From the human T2T-CHM13v2.0 reference genome, Homo sapiens, in NCBI RefSeq assembly GCF_009914755.1, contig NC_060930.1: 64,000 nt of DNA, one strand, 5' to 3'. Below are positions 1 to 13,658 of the stretch, piece by piece. A program made the translations under genes and the position numbers. Every line of letters begins with the position of its first letter. Position 1 is the first letter of the stretch. The notes beneath the pieces were generated by a model, which searched no databases, had not been told where the DNA came from, and saw only the letters and a program-made list of their open reading frames with translations.

Positions 1-2139
1 TTTCTGACAATGGCAGATGAAACCAGACCAACTGCTGAGATTCCTCCATGAGAATGACAAATTAACAGAAGGAGATTCCAATAATACTACTACAGCGTTG
101 GCCATTCTTACGGACAGACATTTCTTCCTCTTACTCTTTATGTCTTTTTTTTTTTTTAAAGAGAATATTCTAGAATGGAGGCCTGGACTTACCATTCTCT
201 TTCTTACAAGTTAAGAGAAGGCTGCCCCAGGGTGCCTCAGTGCCACCTGTTTCTCATCTATTGAGACTTTGATCCTGAGAATGGATTCACTTGAGCAGTT
301 AGATAGCTCAGCCCTGACACAGCCGACCGCGCTTGGAAAGGAAGCAGAAGTTTTAAAGGGTGGCATGGTTTGCTTCATTACCAGACAAAGGCCAGCAGGA
401 TATTCAGGTGTACTGAGTTTTATGTACAAACTATACTATATTCTCAGAGCTTTGACCCTTGGAAAAACACAGTTAAAATGTTTTCCTCTCCATCTGACAT
501 TCATTTCCAGAACCAGTGAAGTGAAAGGGTCTATTAGTTCAAGGCCAGATTTGAAAGCACATGAAAACTACATTCATGAGGTTAAGAAATGGCTTAATAA
601 TTAAGTTAAAACACTTGAAAGTGGGTCTAATTTCAGACAGGTCAGCTAACCGTGCTAGAAGCAAATGAGGGCGTGTTTCTTCCTATTTTTCCTTCCACCC
701 CCAAGATAACTGGCTCCCAAGCAGTTTTTTCTGTTCCTTTTTTTTCTTACTAAACTTTATGTGAGACTAAATTCTTCATCGCTGCTAAGTTCACGTCACA
801 AACAATTAAAACCATAGTACGTTTAATATTTTATGCATTTTTCTTTCATTTTGTATCTTGTTAGTTTCTTTTACAGACTGGTTAGGACGTATTTGAGTTT
901 CACAGTCTAGATACATAGCTTTTATTCTATGCTGCTGAGCTATATTTTATTGACCGTTGCAGCTGAATTAGTATGACTGTCACTTCACACTGTGTTTAGT
1001 GTGTTTACAATACCTTCCGTGTACCAATTTGAGTACCATCCAAAGTATCATCAGAGCAAGCTGATGCTAAACAATTAGCTTTCATTTCACTTGCATCACT
1101 AATTGTGCAATCACTGATGATAATTCTCTTCCTCCTGAGGGTTGTAGCTGGAGCATCGTGAGGGAAATTGCATGCATCAGGGAACTAATTGTGCCTTGAT
1201 AATAATAATAGCTACCATTTAGTGAACCACTACTATGTGCTTGGTATTGAGGCTCTTTACTCGTATTACTTCAGTTTATTATTCTAGCCTGGCCTAGGGC
1301 AGCTAGAACACGATGAAGTTCTTTATACAGCTGTACACACCCACATAGAGGCATCATAGGATGGGACTGAGCAGGCATTTTCCCCACCTCTCCATCCTTT
1401 GTCCACGTTCAAGATAGGAGGCAGAAGGAGCAGTGAGCCTGGGACAAAGACGTGGACCGACTTCCCTAGCTAAGCGCTAAGGAAAAGAACCAGGCCCCCG
1501 AGCCTGAATTACTTACATATGCAACATGCAGGTAGCACCTGGCCTCTTATAATATGTTTCAATGTTTATTATCCAGGAACGGAATGAAATCTTAGAGATG
1601 GAAATAATGAATATGGGCTTGGTCTTCGAGAAGTTTTTGGTCTTGGCTGTTCCTCTGGTAATACTGCTAATCAATTGTGACCCTGGTAGGGAGGGATTGG
1701 TGTGAGGGAAGTGGTCTTGTATAGGTATGCTAGCTCACCTGTGCGACATAATTACTCCTGTGGTTAAAGTTTTATGGATAATTTTCCCAAATCTAAAAGG
1801 GATCCCTTAAGAGCAAAAGGGATTCTTTATCATGAAAGCAGTGAATGGAAAAAAAGCCTCCTTAGGAGAACCAAAGATATATTTCAGCAGCAGCAGAACC
1901 TGAAAGGTCATCTAAGCCCAGCCACCTATCCCTGCAGGATGGGACTAGGGAGGTTCCAGAAGACCATGATTTCCTGTGATGATTTGAACCCAGGTGTTGG
2001 GAACCACTCTTCCACACTCACATTTTCACTGCACTATTTCCCCTTCACATGTCTTTACCTTTTCACTCAGTCAACAATTATCAATGACGAGTATGACACT
2101 GTATGCATCAAAGAACTAATTGTGCCTTGATAATATCTG

Positions 2140-2260
2140 TCTGTGTCAGGACTGTCTGCATCAGTCCTGGTTTATACGTGTTGTAATAGTATTAATAATA
2201 TGCCCTTATTCCACTCCTCAAAGTATTCTAGTTTGGATGATAAATTATATGGTCATCCTA
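2140..2260 (-). mobile_element. MER94-like hAT-Blackjack MITE, truncated, within an L2 remnant
   Basis: Ends in gatgataaattatatggtcatccta, the reverse complement of the TAGGGTGACCATATAATTTATC terminus. Confidence 0.65.
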
Positions 2261-2374
2261 TAAATTCCAAAAGTTGAGCCAGCGCTGTGTCAAGCACTGC
2301 TTGGGATACAGAAGTTGGAGATACCATCCTGCCCTCAAGGAGATAAAGTCTAGTTGGGAAGAGAAGATATGTGC

Positions 2375-2746
2375 TGCTGTGGTCTGAATGTTGGTGTCTT
2401 CCCAAAGTTCAGTGTTGAAACCTAATCACTCATGTGATGGTGTTAGGAGCTGGAGCCTTTGGGAGGTGGTTAGGTCATGAGGGCGGAGCCTTCATGATGA
2501 GGATTAGTACCTTTATACCATACTAATGAAGGCTCCAGAGAGCTGCCTTGACCCTTCCATTGTGTGAGGACACAGCAAGAAGACTCTGTCTATAAACTAG
2601 AAATCTGGCCCCCACCAGACACCAAATCTGCTGGCACCTTGATCTTAGATTTCCCAGCTTCTAAAACAGTGAGAAATAAATATCTGTTGTTTAAAAGCTA
2701 CCCAGTTTATGGCATTTTGTTACAGTCACCGAAACGAACTAAGACA
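2375..2746 (+). mobile_element. MLT1A0-type MaLR solo LTR
   Basis: tgctgtggtctgaatg start, ...gaactaagaca end, internal AATAAA at 2675-2680. Confidence 0.85.
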
Positions 2747-2859
2747 GTATGTACATATGAAACAAAATCTATAATATGTCAAATGTTAAATTGGTTGGCG
2801 TTAGATCATAAGAAGTTGGAAGATAGGAGATCTCTGATGACTTGAGGTATCAGGAAATG

Positions 2860-3200
2860 TATGGGTCAGGATTCTTTGCAGACAACAGAGAGCAGTTTAG
2901 TTAAACAGGAAGGAATGTATGAAAGGATGCTAGATGGCCCACAGAATTGTTAGAAGGGCCAGGGACCAGAATCTTTGCTGAGTTTTCCAGAAACAACACC
3001 CAGAACCACACAGGAGCTTCTGGTAAGAGGTGTCGCCTCTGCTCCACCTCCCCCAGCAAGGCAGAGGCCCCATGCCCCATCTGCTTCCTCATGAAGCTTC
3101 CCAGTCAATGTCTCACATATATCACATCTGACTGTGGAACCCAAGTCTCACATTTACACCCTGGGGACAAAGGAGGTTGGAAAATCATTTTTGGCATCTG
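2860..3200 (-). mobile_element. Old MLT1-family LTR remnant
   Basis: Diverged MaLR motifs; subfamily uncertain. Confidence 0.45.
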
Positions 3201-3480
3201 TAGTCATGGGGAACTGTCAATGTGGAGAGGGTTTTCAGACAACTTCTACTACAGAGAGTTTCATGGATATGGACTTTGAAGGTGAGAAGAACTTAATCAG
3301 GCAAGTAAAGAAGGAAATTTTTCTCACTGTGAAAGGAACCAACGCAACGTGACAGAATGCACAGACTAAGAAGTTGTGGGCAGTTGGAAGGCACAGGGAA
3401 ATCACCTTTAGTATAAAGACTGGGACCTCTGGGTTTTGAAGTCAAATAGGATTTATACCTAAGACATTAGACAAGCACAT

Positions 3481-3866
3481 ATATTCGTCCAAGACAGGTT
3501 AGGCTGCGCTTCGGTAACAAATTAACCCTGAAATCTCAGGGCTAACATAACAGAGGTTTATTTCCTGCTCACACTGAGCATCTAAGATGTACCATTTAGT
3601 TTGTAGTTTAGAGTCAGGTAGTTGTCTGCTCCACACAGTCACTCAGGGACCCAAGTTGACTGCATGTCTCCATGGTAAGGAAAGACGATTGCCGGTGAAC
3701 CAGGCTTTTTACTGCCTCAGCACAGGAGTGGCACATGGTATTTGTATTCATATTCATTGGCCAGAACATCCACATGGCCCTGTCTAACTACAAGAGTCTA
3801 GAAAATACCTACTTTTGTTTTAATAAGAAGGAGAAGATATGGGTGAATACTAGAAGTTTCTATCAT
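3481..3866 (-). mobile_element. MLT1J/K-type LTR
   Basis: ggtaacaaa...ctgaaatctcag and cattggccagaac...cacatggcc motifs. Confidence 0.65.
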
Positions 3867-3877
3867 GCATGTGGGAA

Positions 3878-4187
3878 TATTTTGTTTTGCTTTGTTTTTG
3901 AGACAGAGTCTCATTCTGTCACCCAGGCTCTGGAGTGCAGTGGTGCAATCTTGGCTGACTTGTAGTCTCTACTTCCCGGGCTCAAGTGATCCTCCCACCT
4001 CAGCCTCCCAAGTAGCTGGGACTTCAGACATGCGCCACTGTGCCTGGCTAATTTTTTTTTTATTTTTTGTAGAGATGAGGTCTCATTATGTTACCCAGGC
4101 TGGTCTCAAACACCTGGGCTCAAGCAATGCTCCAGCCTCAGCCTCTTAGAGTGCTGGGATTACAGGTGTGAGCCTCCGTGCCTGGCT
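3878..4187 (-). mobile_element. AluJ
   Basis: Antisense Alu dimer with TSD catgtgggaa (3868-3877 / 4189-4198). Confidence 0.9.
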
Positions 4188-5214
4188 ACATGTGGGAAAG
4201 TTTTTGGGCATGAGCATAGTATAGTGAAAGTTTCTATATGAGGGAAAGCCCATGAAAGCAGGCCCCGCCTGACTGGTCTGCCCACGACTGGCTCCAGGCC
4301 CCAGTGCAGTGCCTGTTTCATGGTTATTGAATGAACTTGGCTCTCGGCGATATGCAGGGTGGAATGGATGGGTTCTCCACCAGAGGCAGGGAACCTACAT
4401 GATAGGTTGAAATCCTCTGTTACTCCAGCTGATGAGGACATTAATATATTCTTCAATGGTTAAAAAAAAATCACAGTCAAGCCACTCAACCTACTCTTTG
4501 AAGTCATTTGACATCTTGATAAGCAGATTGCAAAAGCCCCTTTTTAAACTGATAGTAATCTTGCAAATGGAAATTCTTTTCATGGGAACTATGAGGATGA
4601 GTACTTTAGAGCGAGTTGCTTCTAACCATAAATTGTAGTTTCCTAGTTTCCCTTCTCACTTTCTAATGATGAAAGTGACAGCCTATCTCTCCTATGAGAC
4701 TCAGAGTGTGGATGTTGCATTGTACCTAAAATAATAGAACATTATTTTTAAATAAATAAAATAGAATATGTTCAAAGAAATAGAGTGTGTTTGTTTTCTA
4801 ACATAGTTTATAATGTTTAAAATTTTTTTCATTATTTTTAAATTTTTATGTATTTAGGGGGTACAAGCGCAGATTGCTTATATGCATGCAAGCAGTGTTT
4901 TAAATTTAAAGGGCTTTGGGGAAACAAATTTTCTCCTGTCCCTCTCTCTCCTGAATGCAATTCTATAAAATTATTGAGAAACAGAAATTTTCAATCCATA
5001 TATCAAATCAGGTATCTAGGGCAGTTTTCTGATAGGAAGCCAACCTAAAAATTTAAGATGTAGCACCTTGCAAATTTGCCAACCCCTGAGAAGGAAATTC
5101 AAAAGGCAATAAAGGCAAAGAACCATCAGCCGACTTTATCAAGATCAGCATTTTCCCTTCCACAGGCCCCTGGCTCCCAGGGCTTCCTCCTTGAAAACAT
5201 CCGTTTTGAAGGAA

Positions 5215-5440
5215 TAGAGTAGCCCTTACGCACATCAGGTCAGACCGTGGGTTTGGCATTTTGGCTCTGTTCCTTACTAATTGTGATCACTGGTCACTTA
5301 CCCTCTCTAGGTGTCTTTCCTCATCTATAAATTGGGAGGAATAGAGTCCATTTGATAGGATGGTTTTGATGTCGAAGTGAGATAAAGCTTGGGAAGCCCT
5401 GAACGCTGCCTGACACGTAGAAGTGATCAGTGAATATGTG
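5215..5440 (+). mobile_element. MIR
   Basis: MIR core ttcctcatctataaa. Confidence 0.6.
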
Positions 5441-5964
5441 ATGTGGAGTGGGGGGCATGGTGATAGTGAAGATTTACTTGGGGCCTGGTTGATCAAGATA
5501 CTAATAATATCTCGTTCATGAACATGGATGATGTTTTGCCCTAATCACCTATATGCCATGAGACGAGGAATTGGTCATTGGTCTTTTTAAACATACAGTC
5601 TTTATAAGCAGCAATAGCATTTGTAAAGGATAGCTGCCTGAAATAAATTCTTTGAGTTTTTCAGTTCCCCCTTTTCACTGACTTTGAGTAGCTGTTTCTT
5701 TTGTTATCCTTCATGTGAGCACAGTTCCTCTGAACAATCACAAAGCATCTATGGTGTAAGATAGTGGCATTCACTACAGGTCTTCTTCTCTTAAATATTC
5801 TTGTGGGAAGTGATTTCCCCTGCCGTGTACTATATTATCTGAAAATGAAACAATCTGCCTAACGAGTCTCCCTGTTTCTACCCTGAATATAAACCAGATT
5901 GTGTCTCTCTCCTCCTCAAAACCATCTAGTGCTCCATATGACTCAGAGCATTCCGTATATAGCC

Positions 5965-6482
5965 AACAGAAGGGAAACCAGGGACTCAGATACTTATATC
6001 CCAATATTCATACCAGCATTATTCATAAATAACCCAAAGGTGGAAATAACCAAAGTATCTATCAACAGATGAATGGACAAACAAAATGTGGTATGTAGTA
6101 GAATGGAATTTTATTCAGCCATAGAAAGACATGAAGTTCTGACACATGCTACAGCATAGGCAAATCTGGAAACATGATGTGAAGCAAAATAAGCCACACC
6201 AGAAAGGGCAAATATTATATAATTCCACTTATGTGAAATATTGAGAATAGGCAAATTCATAGAGACAAACTAGGTTAAAGCTTACCAGGAGCTGGGCGTG
6301 GAGATGGGGAGTTCCTTAAGGGTTACAGAGTTTCTGCTTGGGGTGATAACATTTTGGAAATAGTAGTAATGGTTGCACAACATGGTAAATATAATTAATG
6401 CCACTAAATTGTGTACTTCAAAATTGTTCAAATGTTATTTTATATATATATATATACATACCATATAAAAATTTTTACAAAA
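5965..6482 (+). mobile_element. L1MB 3' end inserted in an L2
   Basis: caacagatgaatggacaaacaaaatgtgg and aggcaaattcatagagac L1M 3'UTR motifs. Confidence 0.8.
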
Positions 6483-6489
6483 ATCATCT

Positions 6490-7039
6490 AAGGTTTCCCA
6501 GCATGTTCAGAATGAAAGCCAGAGACCCTACAACAGCCTCAAGGATCAAGGTCCCATGCCTTGACCTCTCTCCCCTCGAGAACACTGGCCTCCATGCTGC
6601 TCCTTGAACATGAACACACGAGGTCTGCTCCCTCAGGAGGGCCTTTCCAACTGCTGGTCCCTCTGCTTGGAATGCCCATCTCTTAGATGTCCCTGGTACA
6701 TACTTCATTCAGGTCTCTGCTGAAGCACCAGCTTATCAGTGAGGTCACCCTGGGCAGTCGTCTATAAAACCCCAAGCCCTCACCATCCAACACAACCTAG
6801 TACTTCCTATTCTTACTCTACTCTATTTTCTCCATGGCACATTTTATCACCAGACATATTAAATATTTACATGTTTCTTTTGCCTCTAGTTACCAAAATT
6901 GAAGCCCCATGAATGCTGAGACTTTACTTCATTCACCTTTGTGTCCTTAATGACTAGGATAGGGCCTGGCAGGGAGCAAATGCTCAGTAAACGTCTGTTG
7001 GATGAATGAATGAATGAATGAATGAATGAATGAATGAAT
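6490..7039 (+). mobile_element. L2 3' end with (GAAT)n tail
   Basis: tgctggtccctctgcttggaatg and gctcagtaaacgtctgttggatgaatgaatg motifs. Confidence 0.75.
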
Positions 7040-7111
7040 GGATTTGTTCCGGAGATATATGTATACCCCTTACTGAAAAGGACTGCAAGACCAAAAAGCT
7101 GGTTATCCTAG

Positions 7112-7584
7112 ATATGGGTTATCTTTTGCCATGATAAATGCCCTATGACAACCAACCACAGAACTGCAGTGGGGCTCAGCTGATCTCAGCCTGGCTCACT
7201 CACACATCTGCAGTGCACTGTAGGGTAGCTCAGCAGCTCTTCTAAGCTTGGTGGGGCTTCCTAAAATGTATGGAGGTTCAGCAGGCATTTGGTGGATCTA
7301 GATGGCCTCAACTGGGACTCCGTGGGTGAATCAGCCCTGCTCCGCATGCCTCATCCTTCAACTGGCTGACCTGAGCATGTTCCCGTGGTAAAGGCAAAGG
7401 AATAGCAAACAGACATGCACAAGTGCTTTTCAAGCCTCTGCATGCATGATGTTTGGTAGCATCCTGTTGGCCAAGTAAATCACATGGCCAAGACCAGGGA
7501 CACACTACAGAGTTATGTGACAAGAAGATACAGATACAAGGAGGTATAAGGAATTGGGAATATTAATGTATTCAGTCTACCACA
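7112..7584 (-). mobile_element. MLT1H-type LTR
   Basis: ttttcaagcctctgc, ttggccaagtaaatcacatggccaag, ends tctaccaca. Confidence 0.65.
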
Positions 7585-7907
7585 CCCTATGAAATCTTGG
7601 TGTTTTTGCCTGTGATCTGCGCAACTTTCCTCCTCCTTTTCTACGTCCCCAGAAGACATCACATTCAGTTTCAACCTGAGATCTAATCCTTTCAGCTCTA
7701 CAACTCAGTGTCTTGTTTTTAGGTAGTGAGTTGTAGAGCTGGAAGGGTTGGATCTGGTAAAAAGAATCTGAAATCTAAACGTTAATGGAAGCTAAGGGAC
7801 CTTGTCATAGTCTTTTCTATGAGGAAATGTCAAGTGCTCTAGATATCCGGTGCTTTTCTCTGAGGTACAATTGTACCCAGCAACTCAACAGTATCACCCT
7901 GGGGACC

Positions 7908-8384
7908 TGTGGTAGGCAGAATAATGCCCCCCACTTCACCCCCCAAAGGTGATCGTGTCCTAATCCCTAGAACCTGTGAATATGTTAGATTACATGACAG
8001 AGAGAATTAGGGTTGCATATGGAATTAAATTTGCTCATCAGCTGCCCTTAACATAAGGAGGGTATACTTGATTATCCAGATGGGCCCAGTGTAATCACAA
8101 TGGTCCTTAAAAGCAAAAGAGAAAGGCAGGAGAATCAGAGGTCAGAGTGATAGGAATGCTGACTTCGAAGATGGAAGCAGGCTGTGAGCCTAGGGATGCA
8201 AGCTAGAAAAGGCAAGGCAATGGATTCTCCCCTACAGCCCTAGAAGGAGTCCACATCACACTTGATTTCAGTCCATTGAGACCCATCTGACTTCTGAGTT
8301 CCAGAACTAAAAAATGGTAAATTTGTATTGTTTTAAGCCATGCAGTTTATGGTAATTTGTTACCGCAGCAATTGGAAACTAATT
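7908..8384 (+). mobile_element. MLT1D LTR
   Basis: tgtggtaggcagaataatg start; gcagcaattggaaactaat end. Confidence 0.8.
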
Positions 8385-8450
8385 GGGAACTTATCAGACT
8401 GATTTTATCCCATAGAATCCATGTAAAAAATGAGAAGGTGTATATTGGCA

Positions 8451-8616
8451 GGCTGGGCATAGTGGCTCACTCCTGTATTCCCAGCATTTTGGGAGGCCAA
8501 AGTGGGAGGATCACTTGAGCCAAGGAGTTCAAGGCTGCAAGTGAGCTATAATTGCACCACTAAACTATAGCCTGGACCACAGAGAAAGATCCGGTCTCCA
8601 GAAAAAAAATAATAAT
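8451..8616 (+). mobile_element. Alu monomer (FRAM/FAM-like)
   Basis: Single right-arm-type monomer with A tail and degenerate TSD. Confidence 0.75.
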
Positions 8617-8949
8617 AAGTGTGTATTAGCAACCAAGTGGCTGTTCATGTCCCATCTATTTTCCACATTGACCAATCATTTTAAGAAAGGTGTGGTGGAT
8701 GGGTGGGGAACACCTAAGGCATTGACAGGCGGTAAAGGAAACGTGCTAATGGAGAAGAGGGAGGTTAGCGACTGGGGCCCATCTAAGAAAAGAAAGAGAT
8801 TCTTAGGGGACTGCTTGGAGAGTTAATGTTTGCAGGAAGCCCACCCACAGGTCTTGAACCCCCATCCTGGACCACTTTTTCTTCCTTTGACCAACCCTTC
8901 CCCAACCCTCATCTCCAGCCCAAATCTTGCTAGAGCTTCTAACTTACAT

Positions 8950-10470
<1,521 letters not shown>

Positions 10471-10471
10471 T

Positions 10472-11047
10472 TGTATTAGTTATCTGTTGCTGTGTAACAA
10501 ATTACTTCAAAACTTAGAAACTTAAAACAACAAACATTTATTACCTCACAGTTTCTGTGGGTCAGAAATCTAGGTGCAGCTTCTCTGGGTGCCCGTGGCA
10601 CAGTACTGCTCCTTCGGCTGCAGTCAGGCTGGCAGCCGGGGATGTGGCCTTAGCTGAAGGCCCAACTGGGGAGGATCTGCTTCTAAGCTCACTTTTATGG
10701 TGATGGCAGGATTCAGTTTCTCATGGGTTGTTGCTTTAAGGTCTTAGTCCTTGGCTGGCTATTGGTCAGAGGCCTCCTTCCATTCCTTCTCCTGTGGACT
10801 TCTGCATAGTGCAGCTCACAGCATGGCAGCTGGCTTCCCTCAGAGCAAGCAAGCAAGCAGAGAGAGAGAGAGATGGAAGCTACAGTACTTTGTAACCTAA
10901 TTTTGGAAGTGGCATCCATCATTTATGTTGAGCATTAGAAGCAAGTGAGTACATTCAGACCATAGCCAAGGGGAAGAGATTACATATGGGTGTGAATACC
11001 AGGAGGCGAGGCTCACTGGGGATCATCTTCAGGGCTGCCTACCATAC
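10472..11047 (-). mobile_element. MLT1E/F-type LTR
   Basis: tgtattagttatctgttgctgtgtaacaaatt start; ggctgcctaccata end. Confidence 0.8.
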
Positions 11048-11287
11048 TTTTATAGTAACATAAGTAATTAAGTTTTTTAATATTAATCTAATTTTAAGTG
11101 CCTTTCCATAGGATCATTATTTTTTACTTTTAAAAACTATATTCAAAATAGAAAGGGAGAATGGGCATGTCTTGGAACAGATTTTTGGAAGAAAGCATAA
11201 TAGAACTTTGGGAGTGATAGGAAAATATGTAGAGATGTGATCTTTCTTCAGATGGTTGGGTTCAGTTTAGTGTAATTATAGTAAGTA

Positions 11288-11616
11288 CAGTCATCTCTTG
11301 GTATCTGTGGGGGATTGGTTCCAGGACCCCCGATGGGTACCAAAATTCATGGATGTTCAAATTCCTTATATAAAATGACATAGTTTTACATATAAACTAC
11401 CCACATTTTCCCATGTATTATCTCTAGATGACTTTTGATATCTAATACAATGCCTACACATCTCTTCAGATTCATGGATTCAACATAGTATTCAGTGTGT
11501 GACAAATTCAAGTTTTGCTTTTTGGAATTTTGTGGAATTTTTCCCCCCTGAGTGTTTTCTATTTGTGGTCAGTTGAACTTGTGGGTGTGGAACCCACAAA
11601 TATGGAGGACCAATTG
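11288..11616. mobile_element. MER2/MER2B Tigger-family MITE
   Basis: TA-flanked; cagtcatctcttggtatctgtggggg ... cccacaaatatggaggaccaattg terminal inverted repeats. Confidence 0.8.
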
Positions 11617-12319
11617 TATAAACCATGTAATTTTTCCTAACTAGTTTATCTGCATTTTCCAAGCTGCAAAACTATCATGGTGATATGTAGGAAACATTTT
11701 ACATATTAGCTTCTCATTTATGAGATTCTTTGAGATAGAGAAAAGCACCTGCCGTCTCCTTTATTCGTTTTATGCAGTTTATAGAGCTCAGTGATGCTGA
11801 AACCGTATTTCCAGTGTCACTGAAAATGATACTAAGAACAGGATGAGAGGGTTGTATTGTAATAACAGCTAACATCACACATGTCTTCTTTTTCATTTAA
11901 AATACAAACCAAACATCTGCCAACACACTTTCATGGTTACCTAGTTGGAATGAAACCCTTAGGAACAATTATTTTGAGTTGAACTGATGACTTAAAGATG
12001 AAGTTTAATACACCCAATTGTTATGTTTGTGAACATCCTGGCTCAGTGCTTCCTGTGTGCGCTGCATGGAATGAGAATGGTTTCGGGTGTGAGAGACTAT
12101 TGAAAAGATTTCTTCATCAGTAAAGCATCTTGACCCAATTCACCTTTTATTTCTTCAACTTTGCCACACCTGTGGGGCAGCTTTCATTCATACTGATGCT
12201 TATCTCCAGCCACTAATGAGGAATAGATGAGTTCAGGTTTCTACTACTATCATGAATGTTGGGATTACAGGCTTCATGGTTCTAAGTGTGCCTCTTGGTT
12301 CCTTTTTTATGTTAAAGCT

Positions 12320-12350
12320 CGTGCGTGCGTGCGTGTGTGTGTGTGTGTGT
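12320..12350 (+). repeat. (CGTG)n(TG)n microsatellite
   Basis: Directly visible. Confidence 0.9.
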
Positions 12351-13002
12351 TTGCGAGCACATGTGCACTTGTCCATATATCTTAGGCTGATATTTAGTTA
12401 GCAGAAGAGACTTAAATGACAAGTTCTAGAATAATTTCCAAATTTCCAAACTTTGACCCAGTAAATAACTAACTTGTGTTTTCCTTATGTGCAGTTACTA
12501 AGAGAACCTTTTCTACGTACCTCTCTTTGGAGAAAAAAATTTAAACAATGAGGAAGCAGTAAAGATAAATGTATCTCCAGCTAAGGTGCCAGATCTCTGA
12601 TAGCATACCTTCTTGGCAGGGCTTACTTTGTGGAATTGGAGAAGTTATGTATAAACAAATGCCAGCGCACCACTGTTGGCAAAGATTTCTATACTGTGTT
12701 ATTAATTCTAGATCTGGTTCTTCTGTCCTACACCCTCCCCTTATTTTGGTAAATGTAACAAGCCAAAAATTAGGAAACTATTATAAGCTCATTTGAGTGA
12801 ATATTTGTTACTAAGCCAAAGATTAAGACAGCTAAAAATGAAGGTATTCAGATAGAAGCCCACAGCTGGAGTGTCGAGAATGCATTACAAAGCCTGAGGG
12901 GCCACCTTTGCTCATTCCTTCTTATGAAGGTCTGATGCAGCAGTTCCTGTTAGGGATGCTTACCTTAGGAGGTGCTTCCTGAAGTTTATACTGGAGAGAT
13001 TA

Positions 13003-13658
<656 letters not shown>

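Noticed and set aside
17-604. ORFs at the window start as a CDKAL1 exon
   Set aside because: No resemblance to recalled CDKAL1 sequence and no convincing splice sites.
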